DNA from: Flaccisagitta enflata
Lineage: Eukaryota
NCBI GenBank assembly: GCA_965153355.1
Contig: OZ231126.1
Coordinates: 43,400,001-43,464,000, forward strand
Direction of reading: 5' to 3'
DNA: 64,000 bases
The notes below the pieces were generated by a model, which ran no database searches, had not been told where the DNA came from, and saw only the letters and a list, made by a program, of their open reading frames with translations. The position numbers and the translations under genes were made by a program. Below, piece by piece: positions 27,989-41,689 of this stretch; positions within the stretch are counted from its first letter, which is position 1; each line of letters begins with the position of its first letter.

Positions 27989-29916
27989 TTTTTGGGCAGC
28001 GGCCCCGAAGGGGCCTCCTTTCACACAGGAGAAATTTCACCTCCTTCTTCTTCTCCTTCTCCTTCTTCTTTTACGTCCCCCCCCCAGTTCTAGTCTCACG
28101 GCCCAAATCCTAGCCTTGAGGCCCAAATCCCAGCCCCTAAGCTCAAATCCCAGCCTCAAAGCTCAAATCCCAGCCTTGAGGCTCAAATCCAGCCTTGAGG
28201 CTCAAATCCAGCCTCGAGGCTCAAATCTCAGTCATGACGCTCAAATTCCAGCCTCATGGCTCAATCCCAAGCCTCAATGCTCAAATCCCAGTCACGAGGC
28301 TCAAATCCCAGTCACTAGGCTCAAATCCCAGTCACCAGGCTCAAATCCCAGTCTCCGGGCTCAAATCCCAGCCTCGAGGCCAAAATCCTGGTCTTGAGGC
28401 CCAAATCCTAGCCTCGAGGCTCAAATCCCAGCCTTGAAGCTCAAATATCAGCTCGAGGCTCTAATCCCAGCCCCAAGGCTCAAATCCCAGCTGCAAGGCT
28501 CATATGCCAGCCTCCAGCCCCTGATTCCAGCTTTGAAGCTCAAATAAAAACAGCATAGGTCATTGGCCCCTTCGGGGCCGCTGCCCCTCTAACTACCTCA
28601 CGCCATCATACACTCACATAGGGGCAACGGGTACCGCTGACCATCAAACGCTTTTGCGACTATTCTTTTTCTCCTTTTTGGGCAGCGGCCCCGAAGGGGA
28701 CGAAGTCCTGTAGAACACAGGGGGACTTTCGTTCGTCCGTTCGTTCGTTCGTTCGTTCGTGCGTCCCCCCCCCCATTAGGCCCCTCAAGCCCTAAATCTG
28801 GCCTCTGAGACCTCGAATCTGGCCTCTCAGGCCTCAAATCCAGCCTGTTAGGCCTCAAACCTGGCCTCTTAGGCATCAAATAAGGCTTCTCAGGCCTCAA
28901 ATCTGGCCTCTCAGGCCTCAAATTAGGCCTCTCAGGCCTCAAATCAGCTATCTAAGCCTCAATTTATTGCTCTCAGGCTTCAAATCAGTCCTCTGACCTT
29001 TCAAGCCTTAATCCAGCTCTCTCAAGCCTCAAGTCAGCCCTCTAAAGCTTCCCATTAGCATTCTGAGGCATTATATAAGCCTTCTTAGGCCTCAGTTTAG
29101 GCTCTTGGAGACCTTCAGTAAGCCCTCTATAGCATCTTATCCACTTCTTCAGGCATGACGAACGAAAGTCCCCCTGTGTTCTACAGGACTTCGTCCCCTT
29201 CGGGGCCGCTGCCCTGCTTCCCCTCACTCCAATTCACAATCACTCAAAGCAGGGCAACGGGTATCGCTGACCACATATTGCCCTTGGGCGACCTGTTCTT
29301 TTTCTACTTTTTGGGCAGCGGCCCCGAAGGGGACGAAGTCCTGTAGAACACAGGGGGACTTTTGTTCGTGCGTTCGTTCGTGCGTCCCCCCCCCCATTAG
29401 GCCCCTCAAGCCCCAAATCTGGCCTCTGAGACCTCGAATCTGGCCTCTCGGGCCTCAAATCCAGCCTTTTAGGCCTCAAACCTGGCCTCTTAGGCATCAA
29501 ATAAGGCTTCTCAGGCCTCAAATCTGGCCTCTCAGGCCTCAAATTAGGCCTCTCAGGCCTTAAATCAGCTATCTAAGCCTCAATTTATTGCTCTCAGGCT
29601 TCAAATCAGTCCTCTGACCTTTCAAGCCTTAATCCAGCTCTCAAGCCTCAAGTCAGCCCTCTAAAGCTTCCCATTGGCATTCTGAGGCATTATATTAGCC
29701 CTCTCAGGCCTCAGTTTAGGCTCTTGGAGACCTTCAGTAAGCCCTCTATAGCATCTTATCAACTTCTTCAGGCAGGACGAACGAAAGTCCCCCTGTGTTC
29801 TACAGGACTTCGTCCCCTTCGGGGCCGCTGCCCTGCTTCCCCTCACTCCAATTCACAATCACTCAAAGCAGGGCAACGGGTATCGCTGACCACATATTGC
29901 CCTTGGGCGACCTGTT
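27989..29916 (+). mobile_element. Head-to-tail trimer of HINE family B elements
   Basis: Units 27989-28664, 28675-29297 and 29308-29916. Units 2 and 3 are near-identical, with inverted arms of about 55 bp around AGGCCTCAAAT repeats. Confidence 0.85.
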
Positions 29917-30116
29917 CCCTATACCTTTTTGTCTTTCCTTTTCTAAACGTTCGCTTTTTCTTTCCTTGCCATTGCTCGCCTCCTGAAATATATCATTCTT
30001 GATCCCTTCCTCCTCTCATTCCTTTTTCTCAACAATTTGACAAAAAGAAAAATCTCTGGGAAAATGAATTGAATGCCTGGAAGCCCAAAAGCCGCGAAAT
30101 GCCTCCGAGCTTGGAA

Positions 30117-30226
<110 letters not shown>

Positions 30227-31248
30227 TATTCAGCTGCTTTTGCCTGCTTTGGATTGCATGCCAAATAAATCATAACATCACGTCGTTTTACGCGCGGCTG
30301 CTGCGTGAGTGAGCATTTCCGCATCAACAAAATGAGCAGTTGGCCGTAAAATGCATTTCCTATTTATTTTTTTTCTAAAATCAATTGTCAAGTGTCCGCG
30401 TTTGATTCCTATTTTTAGAATACATCCACAAATCTCTGCAACTGCAAAGGGTTTGTTCGTCTGTTGGTCCATCCGTGGTCTATTAGTCTAAAATGGTTTA
30501 GTTGAAAATGTCACTAGTTATCAGACGAGTTATTGAATGTTATGAGTTTATGGCGGGACGAATCACTGTACCTCCGGATTACTTGCTTTCCTTAAATTTG
30601 TTCGTGTTGCCTTTATGTATTTTCTTGAGGGGAGTCCGAGAGGGGGTGTGAAAGGATTTTGATGAGCCAATGGGCATAAAAAAGAATATGAGAAAAAGGA
30701 ACTGCAGCAAAGGTTTGCTGTGGGATACATCCTTTTTTTCCGTGATTTTCGAGTGAGGTTGGGCAGGGGCAGTGACGCAAAAACCGATTGCAAAATAAGT
30801 CATCATCATCATCATCGGCGGACGGACAGGCAGATCATAAATAGAGAGACCAACTGACAGACTGAGAGATGAAGGAAATGGAGTGGACTACAAACTACTG
30901 GAGAAACTCCTGGAAAAAGGAGAGGGTTTTTTTTTCAAAATCCACTGAGCATGCAATTACCGACAATAATTCACATGCTGTTAATAAGATAAAATGAATG
31001 GATTGATTATGAATCATCTTAGCTTGGAAGTCACGAAGAGTGGTCATTCGCGATGTCAATGTCATTGTCATCCTCGATGTTAATGTTTCCCGTTTCATCG
31101 GTCCGCATATTTTTTCTCGGTATTTGATGAATGTAACGTTGCTGCAATGTATCAATGTCGGGACTTCCTCTTTGAAGACGTCATCTTCCTCAAAATGGTC
31201 GTTGCAGTTGCAGTCGTTGTTATCGTTGTCGTTGTCGTCGTCGTCGAA

Positions 31249-31279
<31 letters not shown>

Positions 31280-31374
31280 TCGTTTTCGTTGGTTTCGTTG
31301 TTGTCAACAAGTGTCCTCTAGCCTCTATTCTGTCGGAGAGATCATTACACATTATTCATTTTCAAATCTTTCTT

Positions 31375-31980
<606 letters not shown>

Positions 31981-32130
31981 TTATATATATCTATTTTTTT
32001 TGTTTCTTTTTTTGGGTTTCTTTGATATCTGCAAAGCATGCAATGCGATCGTCTTTCTGTGGGAATCGATATCAGGTTTCTTTACAAAAGCGGCGCGGAT
32101 TTCTCTAAATCAACACAAACATTGTGTGTA

Positions 32131-32638
<508 letters not shown>

Positions 32639-32828
32639 CATTTGTTTGTTTGTTTTTGTTTATGAACGTGTTATTTTCATCATTCCCTGTATTTAAAGAG
32701 TTGACTCTGTTTGTATTCTTGTCAATGTATTATGAATTTATTTTCCAGGAGCGTTGTTGTCATAGTATGTGGCATCATCGACTCAAGCCGGTATCCCAAA
32801 CAAGTCCAATTTCTTGCCTCATTACCGG

Positions 32829-33182
32829 TTTTTAGTCGCGTGCACGCGACTCTACAACCCGCTTTGTCGGTCTGTCGGTTCGTCCGTCCGTCCGTCGGTC
32901 CATCGGTCCATCACAATTTACTTTTTTATTATACTTTAAGTTATTTCACGTCATTTTAAGTCATTCTAAGTCATTCTAAGTCATTCTAAGTCATTCTAAG
33001 TCATTCTTTAGAAGTTATTTAAAGTCACTTAAGTCATATAGGTAAAAGTAGTCATTTCAGTCATTTTAGGTCTTTTTAAGTCATTTAAAGTTGTCTTAAG
33101 TCATTTTAAGTCTTTTTGAGTCAATAAAAGTCATCTTAAGTTATTTATGTCTTCCACGCGACTTATAGGTGTTGGCCTTGTT
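32829..33182 (+). mobile_element. HINE family A1 element with (AGTCATTCTA)n
   Basis: Same architecture as 936-1312. Confidence 0.85.
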
Positions 33183-33186
33183 TTCC

Positions 33187-34228
33187 AACAAGGCCGTATA
33201 CACGGCTACCGAAGTCGCGTGTGGGTGGGCAGGGGCAGTGATAAACAAGTCATCCAAGGATCGCACATGGTCAGCGGTACCCGATGCCCTGCTTGGAGTG
33301 ATTAGCTGAAGAAGTGGAGTGAGAGCAGGGCAGCGGCCCCAAAGGGCCGATGTCCTGTAGGACACAGGGGTGAATTTCCATACGTCCTGAGAGGGCATAT
33401 ATGGGGTAATTTTCCGTGATATTCATTGGGAATTTTGCATTTTTTTCAATTTTTTGTCAATTTGCCATGTTATTCAATGGGAGTTTGAGGCATGAGAAGC
33501 TAGATTTGAGGCCTGAGAGGCCAGATTTTAGGTCTGAGAGGCCAGATTTGAGGCCTGAGAGGCTGGATTTGAGGCCTGAGAGGCTGGATTTGAGGCCTGA
33601 AAGGCTAGATTTGAGGCCTGAGAGGCCAGATTTGAGGCCTGAGAGGCCAGATTTGAGGCCTGAGAGGCCAGATTTGAGGCCTGAGAGGCTGGATTTGAGG
33701 CCTGAGAGGCTGGGTTTGAGGCCTGAAAGGCTAGATTTGAGGCCTGAGAGGCCAGATTTGAGGCCTGAGAGGCCAGATTTGAGGCCTGAGAGGCAGGATT
33801 TGAGGCCTGAGAGGCTGAGTTTAAGGCCTGAAAGGCTAGATTTGAGGCCTGAGAGGCCAGATTTGAGGCCTGAGAGGCCAGATTTGAGGCCTGAGAGGCC
33901 AGATTTGAGGCCTGAGAGGCCAGATTTGAGGCCTGAGAGGCTGGATTTGAGGCCTGAGAGGCTGGATTTGAGGCCTGAGAGGCTTGAGAAGCTTCGGAGG
34001 GGGGGACGTACGGACGGACGGACGTACGTACGTACGGACGGACGTAAGGAAATTCACCCCTGTGTCCTACAGGACATCGGCCCTTTGGGGCCGCTGCCCA
34101 AAAAGGGCTTTTCAAGAGATTGGGCAGGAGCAGCAATGCAAAAACCACCTGTAAACACAAAAAAAAGCTAACGGAGACCAACCGACCAACATAGCGGTTC
34201 ATAGAGTCGCGTAGCACGCGACTAAAAA
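33187..34228 (-). mobile_element. HINE A1 element interrupted by a family B element (33244-34104)
   Basis: A1 halves at 33187-33243 and 34105-34228. The nested B copy has a perfect 52-bp IR (33328-79/34048-99) around about 23 copies of GATTTGAGGCCTGAGAGGCCA. Confidence 0.9.
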
Positions 34229-35166
34229 TGGAGAACATTGTTTATGGAAAGATATCCGACTTTTCAAGTGTCCTTGGTGATAAATATGCATGAAAGCGGT
34301 ATGATTCGTTCTCCATGGTTTCCACATCTCACAATAAGAAGTGTTTGAAATGATCAAAATCTCATTTGCATATTGCGGTCCTCACTTAAAATGTCTTAAT
34401 CAAGTTTTGTCCATGTGACAATGAGTAGAACTATTGTACACTTGTTTAGATATAGTTCTTAGAACAGTAGGTCAAGTTGAATGAAAATGACAAGTCCTTT
34501 TTCTGAGGATCTCATTTACGGTAAGTAAGATATCATTTAAGAAAGGATTTAGCTTATAAGAAATAAACATTAAAAAAAAAACCCTTACTGGCCATCTCGT
34601 CGCTTCGAAAAATTAAGAAGAAGAAATTTGGAAGTGCCTCCTGCGATGGCACTTGAGGACTAGCTGGTCTAGCTGAAACTAGTCAACTGTAGCAGTTATT
34701 AGTCAAAGTTTGCTATTTGAATTTACACCTTATTTTGTTGGTTCGTCCGTCCGTGCGTCGGATCAGCGGTCCGTCCATCAAACTATTTTTTGGGGGTTTA
34801 TGGTTTTTTTGGCTGTACTACTCCACTGACCTAAGATATGGCCCCTGTCTACCCGCAGGCGACTGGGGTGGCCGTGTATCCGGCCTTGTTCTGTTGAAAC
34901 ATTCGTTGTACATGATATTTCTTTGCCGTTATCATCCACGTTTTTTGACATCCACTCAACCTTGGGTTGAATGCTGATCATAGTACATCATCATCCTCGT
35001 CCTAGTCATTTCCGATATCATGGGTATATGCATCGTCGTCGTCACCGTCTTCGTCAACGTTGTCATCGTCGTCGTCGACGTTGTCGCCTTCGTCGTAGTC
35101 ATTTTTATGATCATCGAGTGTAATCATCGACATGGATTGTTTGTTGACTTATTGTTCCATCTTCAG

Positions 35167-35325
35167 TCGTCTTCTTTCTGGTCGTTGCTCGATGAAGATG
35201 ATGAAGATGATGAAGATGATGAAGAGGATGAAGACGATGAAGATGATGAAGATGATGAAGATGATGTCAATGTTGAAAATGATGATGTTGATGACTCTCC
35301 CGCCAACTGTAGTCGAGATGAATCA
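35167..35325. other. Possible low-complexity exon (strand ambiguous)
   Basis: Plus: TTCAG|...Asp/Glu-rich...|GTAAGA. Minus: TACAG|LAGESSTSS...NDQKEDD-stop. May be only a (GAT/GAA) microsatellite. Confidence 0.25.
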
Positions 35326-37024
35326 GTAAGATGTTCTTTGTTTCTTTCTTTGTTTTTTGTATATTCGTTTGTTTGCTTGTTTCTTTTTTTTTCTTTCTAT
35401 CTTTCTATCTGTCTTTATTTCTTTGTTTCTTTGTTTCTTTATTTCTTTGATTGTTGGTTTGTTTGTTTGTTTGTTTGTTTGTTTGTTTGTTTGTTTGTTT
35501 GTTTGTTTGTTTGTTTGTTTGTTTCTTCTTTCTTTCTTTGTTTCTTTCTTTCTTCGTTTCTTCTTATCTTTGTTTCAAGAAGTGCAACACCTTTCTTTTT
35601 TTCCCTCTTCATATCCTCATTCCCCTCCTTGTTTGTCCATCCTTTCCTCTGGTCCTTGCCTCGGGGCATTTTGATGCTTTGACTCAATGACTGCTCTGAG
35701 TGTCTTCCTTCATTCTTGTCTCCTCTTCTTTGCCAAACTTTTTCTCGGGGAGTGGCCCAAAATGGGACGCTGTTTCAGGGGGAGGCATTAAAACTTAATC
35801 GGCACGTTCGTCAATTGGTGCGTCGATCCGTTTTTAGTCGCACACACGCAACTCTATTAGTAGAGATGCCACTATCGCGAATCTAGAGTGCGACAACTTT
35901 GCTTTTAGACTTCTTCTTATCGGAACGGGAGCTCGGCTCCGGGTCTGGATGCCAGCTGTTACTATGAATATCCTAACGATGTGACATTTTTCTGTTCCCT
36001 AAATATCACTAGGTGGGGAAAGTTACCCGGAAAAATTAATTACTATTCCGGAATTTATACTTTGACTTGCACTATATTCTTAGCGCGAACGCGCCCGTAT
36101 TCAGGCAGTGAAAAGTTTTCGTTGCTCTGATTGGTTAAAAATATCAGATTCGCGAAGGATGATTGGCTGGAAGAGACACTCTCAGGAACTAACGAAGGCC
36201 AAGCAGCTAGTCAGACGGTAGTTAATATTGCTTAATTAATCGTGCGTTATGACACTCAGTTTAATTATCTAGTTGGATAATTGTATGTAAACAATCAATC
36301 TTCGCCCGTCATAGCGAGGGTTCAACTGTTTAAAATCGGCAACTAACGCAATAACGGGAATCTAGATTTCTCTCTGCTTCGCTGGAGATCAGCTGATCAG
36401 CGTGTCGGCAATGAATCATAAGAGAAAAACTGAAAGACATACCAATGACAGACCAAGAGACTAACCAAGAGACTAACCGAGAGATGTGCCTAGAGATAAG
36501 CTAAGAGATAAATAGATTGATAAACAAACTGAGAGACAAATATAGGGACAAACTTAAACGTCAAGAGGCAAATCAAGAGACATACTGAGAGACAAACTGT
36601 AAGAAAAATAAATATACTAACAAAGAGACAAACTCAGAGATATGTCCAGAGACAGGCCAAGAAGTAGGATAATTCAATAATTAAGAAAGAAACCGTTTTA
36701 CTTTAATGATACCATGTGCAATTTTTCCTTGGGCTACGCTCGTTCTCTTGCTCGAGAACGGTAAGCCCATTTTTCCTCCTCATATTCATCCGCGCCTGGA
36801 CGCGGCGTCATTGGTAAATCGGGTCCGAGTTTGTCACAAGAGTTCAGTGAAATCGATAACAGTTTTTGGCCATAACTTTTGAACGCATCAATGGATTTGG
36901 ATAATTCTTTCAAATTTGGAATATTGGGATTAAAACGCATAGGATGTCAAAAAAATTTTTTACTTCAGAGCGTCCGTTCAGAATCAGTGGGCCTACCCAC
37001 TATAAGCCACTTTTTGGCCCGTCG

Positions 37025-38558
37025 CACTGTGGGCTGAATTGTGCGCTAGATGGCTCATTGGGGATTAACATCACATCTTTTCCATAAAATTGTCCCTAAT
37101 GAAATATACAGAGTAAAAAACATTTTTCTGCATATTTCCAGATGTTAAGAAACTATTTATACCCAATTTTGACACATTTCTATTGGACTAAAAGCTTTTG
37201 GAGCTCAGCAAAAGAAGAGAAATTTGAGAAAATCAAGTGAAAAATACTGCAAAACTGTCATACATTTAGTATTTAAATTGTCTTAAGTTATGACCAAATC
37301 AATGAAATTTTGTCTTTTTTCATTAAGATTCCTTAATAAGGTGATCAAAAAAAAAAATCATTTTTTTTGCTCATCTAGCTCATTTTGCTCATTTTTTTTC
37401 TAATCAAATACAGTAGATGTCGTCTAGACTTGGAAATACGGGGGAATTCATTACAGGAAAACAAATAAAGTTATGAGAGTGATATTTGGAATGTAAACTA
37501 ATAAAAGGATGCTTTATTGCCCATGGGTGTTGGTTGCCATGGAAACACATTTCCATGTATTCATGCTTAAGTATCAATTTTTTGAGAAATTTTATGAGGG
37601 AACATTGTTTAAAATAAAATTTGCTACAACTTTCCCACAGTATGTTCTGTAAGAATATTGCTGGTTTGGCGGTTGCTAGGGAGCATCACAGGGCTGTCAC
37701 ACATAGTTACGGTCCCTAGCAACGGCTAAACGAGCAATATTCTTACAGAACATACTGTGGGAAAGTTGTGGCAAATTGTATTTTAAACAATGTTCCCTAA
37801 AAAAATTTCTCAAAATATTTATACTTTAGCATGAATACATGAAAATGTGTTTCCATAGCAACCAACACCCATAGGCAACAAAGCATCCTTTTAATAGTCT
37901 ATATTCCAAATATCGGTCTCTTAAGTAAATTTGTCTTCCTGTAATGAATTCCCCCGTATTTCCAAGTCTAGACAACATCTACTGTATAGATTTTTACTTT
38001 TATCCATATTATTACTTGTCCATTTTAGGCCAAGAAAATCGCAATAAGCACGGCAAAGCACGGCATGAGCCATAGCATTCTGGATTCAGAACCCCTTGAG
38101 CTGCATTTTGGCATAAGTCGCTCATTGTGCGTCCTTGTGTGATTTTTTTTATTCGTAGGGTAATAAAAACATGCAAATTAGGTCAAATATGTAGTAAAAG
38201 TAGACTAATTTATTAGTGCTAAAAATGTAAAAAATAATGTTTTTTAAAATTTTTCTAGACATGTAAACAATAATGAAGGAATCCAACCCAATATTGAAGA
38301 TATTATGAGTTTTTTGTATTCTTAACAGCTAATCAAAAGAATTTATTGTTTTTTCTTGAAATTTATTATCTTTTGTAGTAATGTTCATTTAAGTCGCTTA
38401 TTTCCACTCTAAATCGCCATAAAACCTGTCATATCGACCGGTAATTTATGCTCAAACACCACTATGACTATTTTACTAACTTTGAGCCATATTGCAGAGA
38501 TGAAAATTTTCACTCAAATACCCAAGGAGCCATCGAGCGCAATCTGTGGCCCTTAGTG
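37025..38558. mobile_element. Non-autonomous Transib-like element, 1534 bp including a nested MITE
   Basis: 38-bp imperfect TIRs CACTGTGGGC...TGCGCTAGATGGCTCATTGGG versus CACTAAGGGC...TGCGCTCGATGGCTCCTTGGG, with a 5-bp TSD CGTCG (37020-24, 38559-63). Confidence 0.8.
37411..37984. mobile_element. Palindromic Tc1/mariner-type MITE, 574 bp
   Basis: TA-CAGTAGATGTCGTCTAGACTTGG...CCAAGTCTAGACAACATCTACTG-TA. Arms of about 270 bp and a loop of about 30 bp. Confidence 0.9.
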
Positions 38559-39368
38559 CGTCGGTCCGTCGGTACATCCGTTTGTCCGTCTGTCACAAAG
38601 TCGCTTTTCGGAGTTTTCCGCTCCTGCCCACCCGTCCGCGACTAATGCTGTCGTGTATACGGCCTTGTTGATTTACTTTTCATACAATCATTTTTTAGCA
38701 GATTTTGCAAACAGCTGTAAGCTAGCGATAAAAGAATATTTGACGTTCATAAGACCATCTTAACATCAGTTTGTTTCGATTGATAGGTCCCTTCATCAAT
38801 TTTTGTATTGGCGTGCAGCGGTAGTGGGGACGTCATTCTATCGCCGCAGACAAGTTCGGAATGGGGTTCGTCTATCTCACACGTCCGCGAGGCACACACG
38901 AGATGTGAGAGTCAATTTCTTTTCCGCGTCTTTGTCGCACAGACCTTGTTAGAGTTCCGCCGCGGGTGCAATAGTTCAATATTGGGCAGCTCAAGTTATC
39001 TCGAATCAATTAGGGCTTTGATTCTTCTTACCACTACTGGTCGATCTCATCGCATTTTAACAAGACAACATGATGTTATTTGTTTCTTTTCTTCTCCTCT
39101 GTTATTATGTCTTACTCAAGCCAAAAGAATTAGTCTTACTTTAATTGCATTTGGCTATTAAAAAAGAATTGGCCTTCAAAATGATCACATAAATCATACA
39201 ACACTATGCAAATCAGTTTTCAAATGAAACCATTCCTTAGGCTAGGATACTACAATTTCAGTTTTTTGCTTTATAATGTTCAGGTAGATGTTTATCAACA
39301 ATCGTTTTTTCTTTCAAAAACAAGGTTTTTTTCTTTCTCGTAGTGGACTAATGGTCCTGTGCTCGAAA

Positions 39369-39601
39369 AACAAGGCCGGATACACGGCTACCCCAGTCGC
39401 GTGCGGGTGGGCAGGGGCCATATTTGAGGTCACTTGATCATTTGGGCAGGAGCAGTGAGGCCAAAGACCGCAAAAATAAAAAAAGTAAAGTGTGACGGAC
39501 TGACGGCCGGACGGACGGACAGACCGACGGCCTGACGGACGGACAGACCGACGGACGGACCGACAAAGCGGGGTGTAGAGTCGCGTAGCACGCGACTAAA
39601 A
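39369..39601 (-). mobile_element. HINE family A1 element
   Basis: AACAAGGCCGGATACACGGC...AGTCGCGTAGCACGCGACTAAAA. Confidence 0.85.
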
Positions 39602-40005
39602 AAGAAAAAAAGATTTCGTGAAAACCTAATGAAATTATCTTTCCTGAACAGTGAGAAAGTTCTTTCAAAACATTCCCCTTTTAAGGCAGGAATCGGCATT
39701 ATCCGATTCTTACTCAAAACTAAACTCAAGTCAACGGCCTTGATTCTGATTCTGCATTTGATTCTTCTTCAGCAAACTGATCGTTTATTCTCGTCTCTTC
39801 TTCTATACGATGCTCATAAATTCAAATCGAGAAAAGTCGTAATGACTTTGAGACTCTGCATGGATAATACGAAGAGAACGGAGGAAATGGAATGATGAGT
39901 GCCTTGTTGAAGATGATGCTGATAATATGCGCAGCCAGTGTGGAAGCGATGGTGGTTTATTCACCGTCTCAGTTTCTGTCTTTTCTTCTATCTGTGGTTA
40001 TGATA

Positions 40006-40426
40006 CTACGCGAATCAATGAAAAAGATGCACTTTTAAATGACAATTTATCATATTGAATTTCAAAATAATTAAGTAAAATCTTAGGCCATTTTAAAGCG
40101 CTCAAAGAGAACTTTCATCTGGCCCCAATCTGGTATTTCTAGCTTTATCTGTTTAGAAATGGCATAAAAAAAAGTGAAAATATTATCATTTTCTGTTTTG
40201 CAATCTTACTGAAAAATGAGCATTTTTGCAAAGTAGAGGTTCACTTTGACAAGCTCTATCTTCTAGACGGTTTAAGATGCAGACCTGGGATTGGTCTAGA
40301 ATGAAAGAAATTTCAAAATTTTTCAAAATTAATTAAACAAAAAAAATTTCAAATAATCTTTTCTATTTCCTCTATTCACTTACAAAAGGGTGCAGCTTTT
40401 TTTTCTTTTTTTTTTGATTCGCGTAG
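40006..40426. mobile_element. TA-flanked MITE
   Basis: TA-CTACGCGAATCAA...TTGATTCGCGTAG-TA. Confidence 0.8.
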
Positions 40427-40666
40427 TAGGTGGAACAATATCCCTCACTATACCCAAACTGAAAAATATGGAAGAGGGCCTTGTGAGCCCTCACGGACTA
40501 GTCACTACGCGCATCACTCCTAGTTTTCCATTTAGCTTACAGTACTGTATCTGTTTGACTGTTTTTCTGATTGTTTGTCTTTTTGTTTGTGTGTCTTTCG
40601 GTCTGACAGTCTAACTGAATGGCTGACTGTCTTTGACTCTGTTTCTGTATGCTTGTCTGTCTGTCA

Positions 40667-40881
<215 letters not shown>

Positions 40882-41511
40882 CATTTTCTAGCAATTGTAC
40901 TGTCCTTCCAGTCTCTGAGGCGATCATCAACTTGATTATCGTCGCTTTTCAAAAGCCAGATCGACTCAGAATGTTTATAATCAAAGATTTCTCTTCCATT
41001 TCATCTACCATCAAGATATTGCGTAAGATTGCCTCGAGACCAAAGAGATTGCCTTTGAGATTGCCTTACATGAAACAGTTTAGCTTCTAAACAAAGTGGA
41101 TTGCAAAGGATTGAAATAGAATGGCAGATATCAATTTCGACGCTTTACACGAAGAAGTCAGTAACGCAGTTGTTTTCAGCTTCTTATGATAAAGATGTCA
41201 TTAAGCTAATGGATAAAAGACTCTCTATCACAGTTTGGCAAGTAATCTGTTCCATTATGACACTTTTATTTCTAGTATTATGTATCATGTAAAGACAGTG
41301 GTGATAGACGTCCTCGACTGTAAAAGATTTGTAAGAAAGACTGTCATTCAAATTGGTGTCATCTGTAAGCTTAAAGTGAAGAGATGACTTATTGCGGCTG
41401 AAATTCATCCCATGATTAGAACCTACCGCTTCGCTGATTTGTCAGGTGTGCATTGCAGAATCATTTTATCATTTAGTCGGGAAGAATAATCCATCAAATC
41501 CCACCCCAAAG

Positions 41512-41689
41512 GGTACACGGCTACCGAAGTCGCGTGCGGGTGGGCAGGGGCAGTGATGAAAAGGCTTACCCAAGCATTTGGGCAGGAGCGGCTGTACATA
41601 AACGCCGAAATCGCGAAAAAGCAAACGGTGACCGACGGAGCGACCGACCGCCACAGCGGGTTATAAAGTCTCGTGCACGCGACTAAAAA
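41512..41689 (-). mobile_element. HINE family A1 element, 3'-truncated
   Basis: TACACGGCTACCGAAGTCGCGTG...GTGCACGCGACTAAAAA. Confidence 0.75.

Larger units (their letters stand above)
35831..38669 (+). mobile_element. HINE A element split by two insertions
   Basis: Head 35831-35857, middle 37001-37024, tail 38559-38669. Confidence 0.7.

Noticed and set aside
33416-34171. 251-aa ORF of (LRPERPD)n and similar ORFs at 11962-12301 and 27963-29542
   Set aside because: They arise from stop-free 21-bp tandem repeats inside family B elements and are open on both strands.
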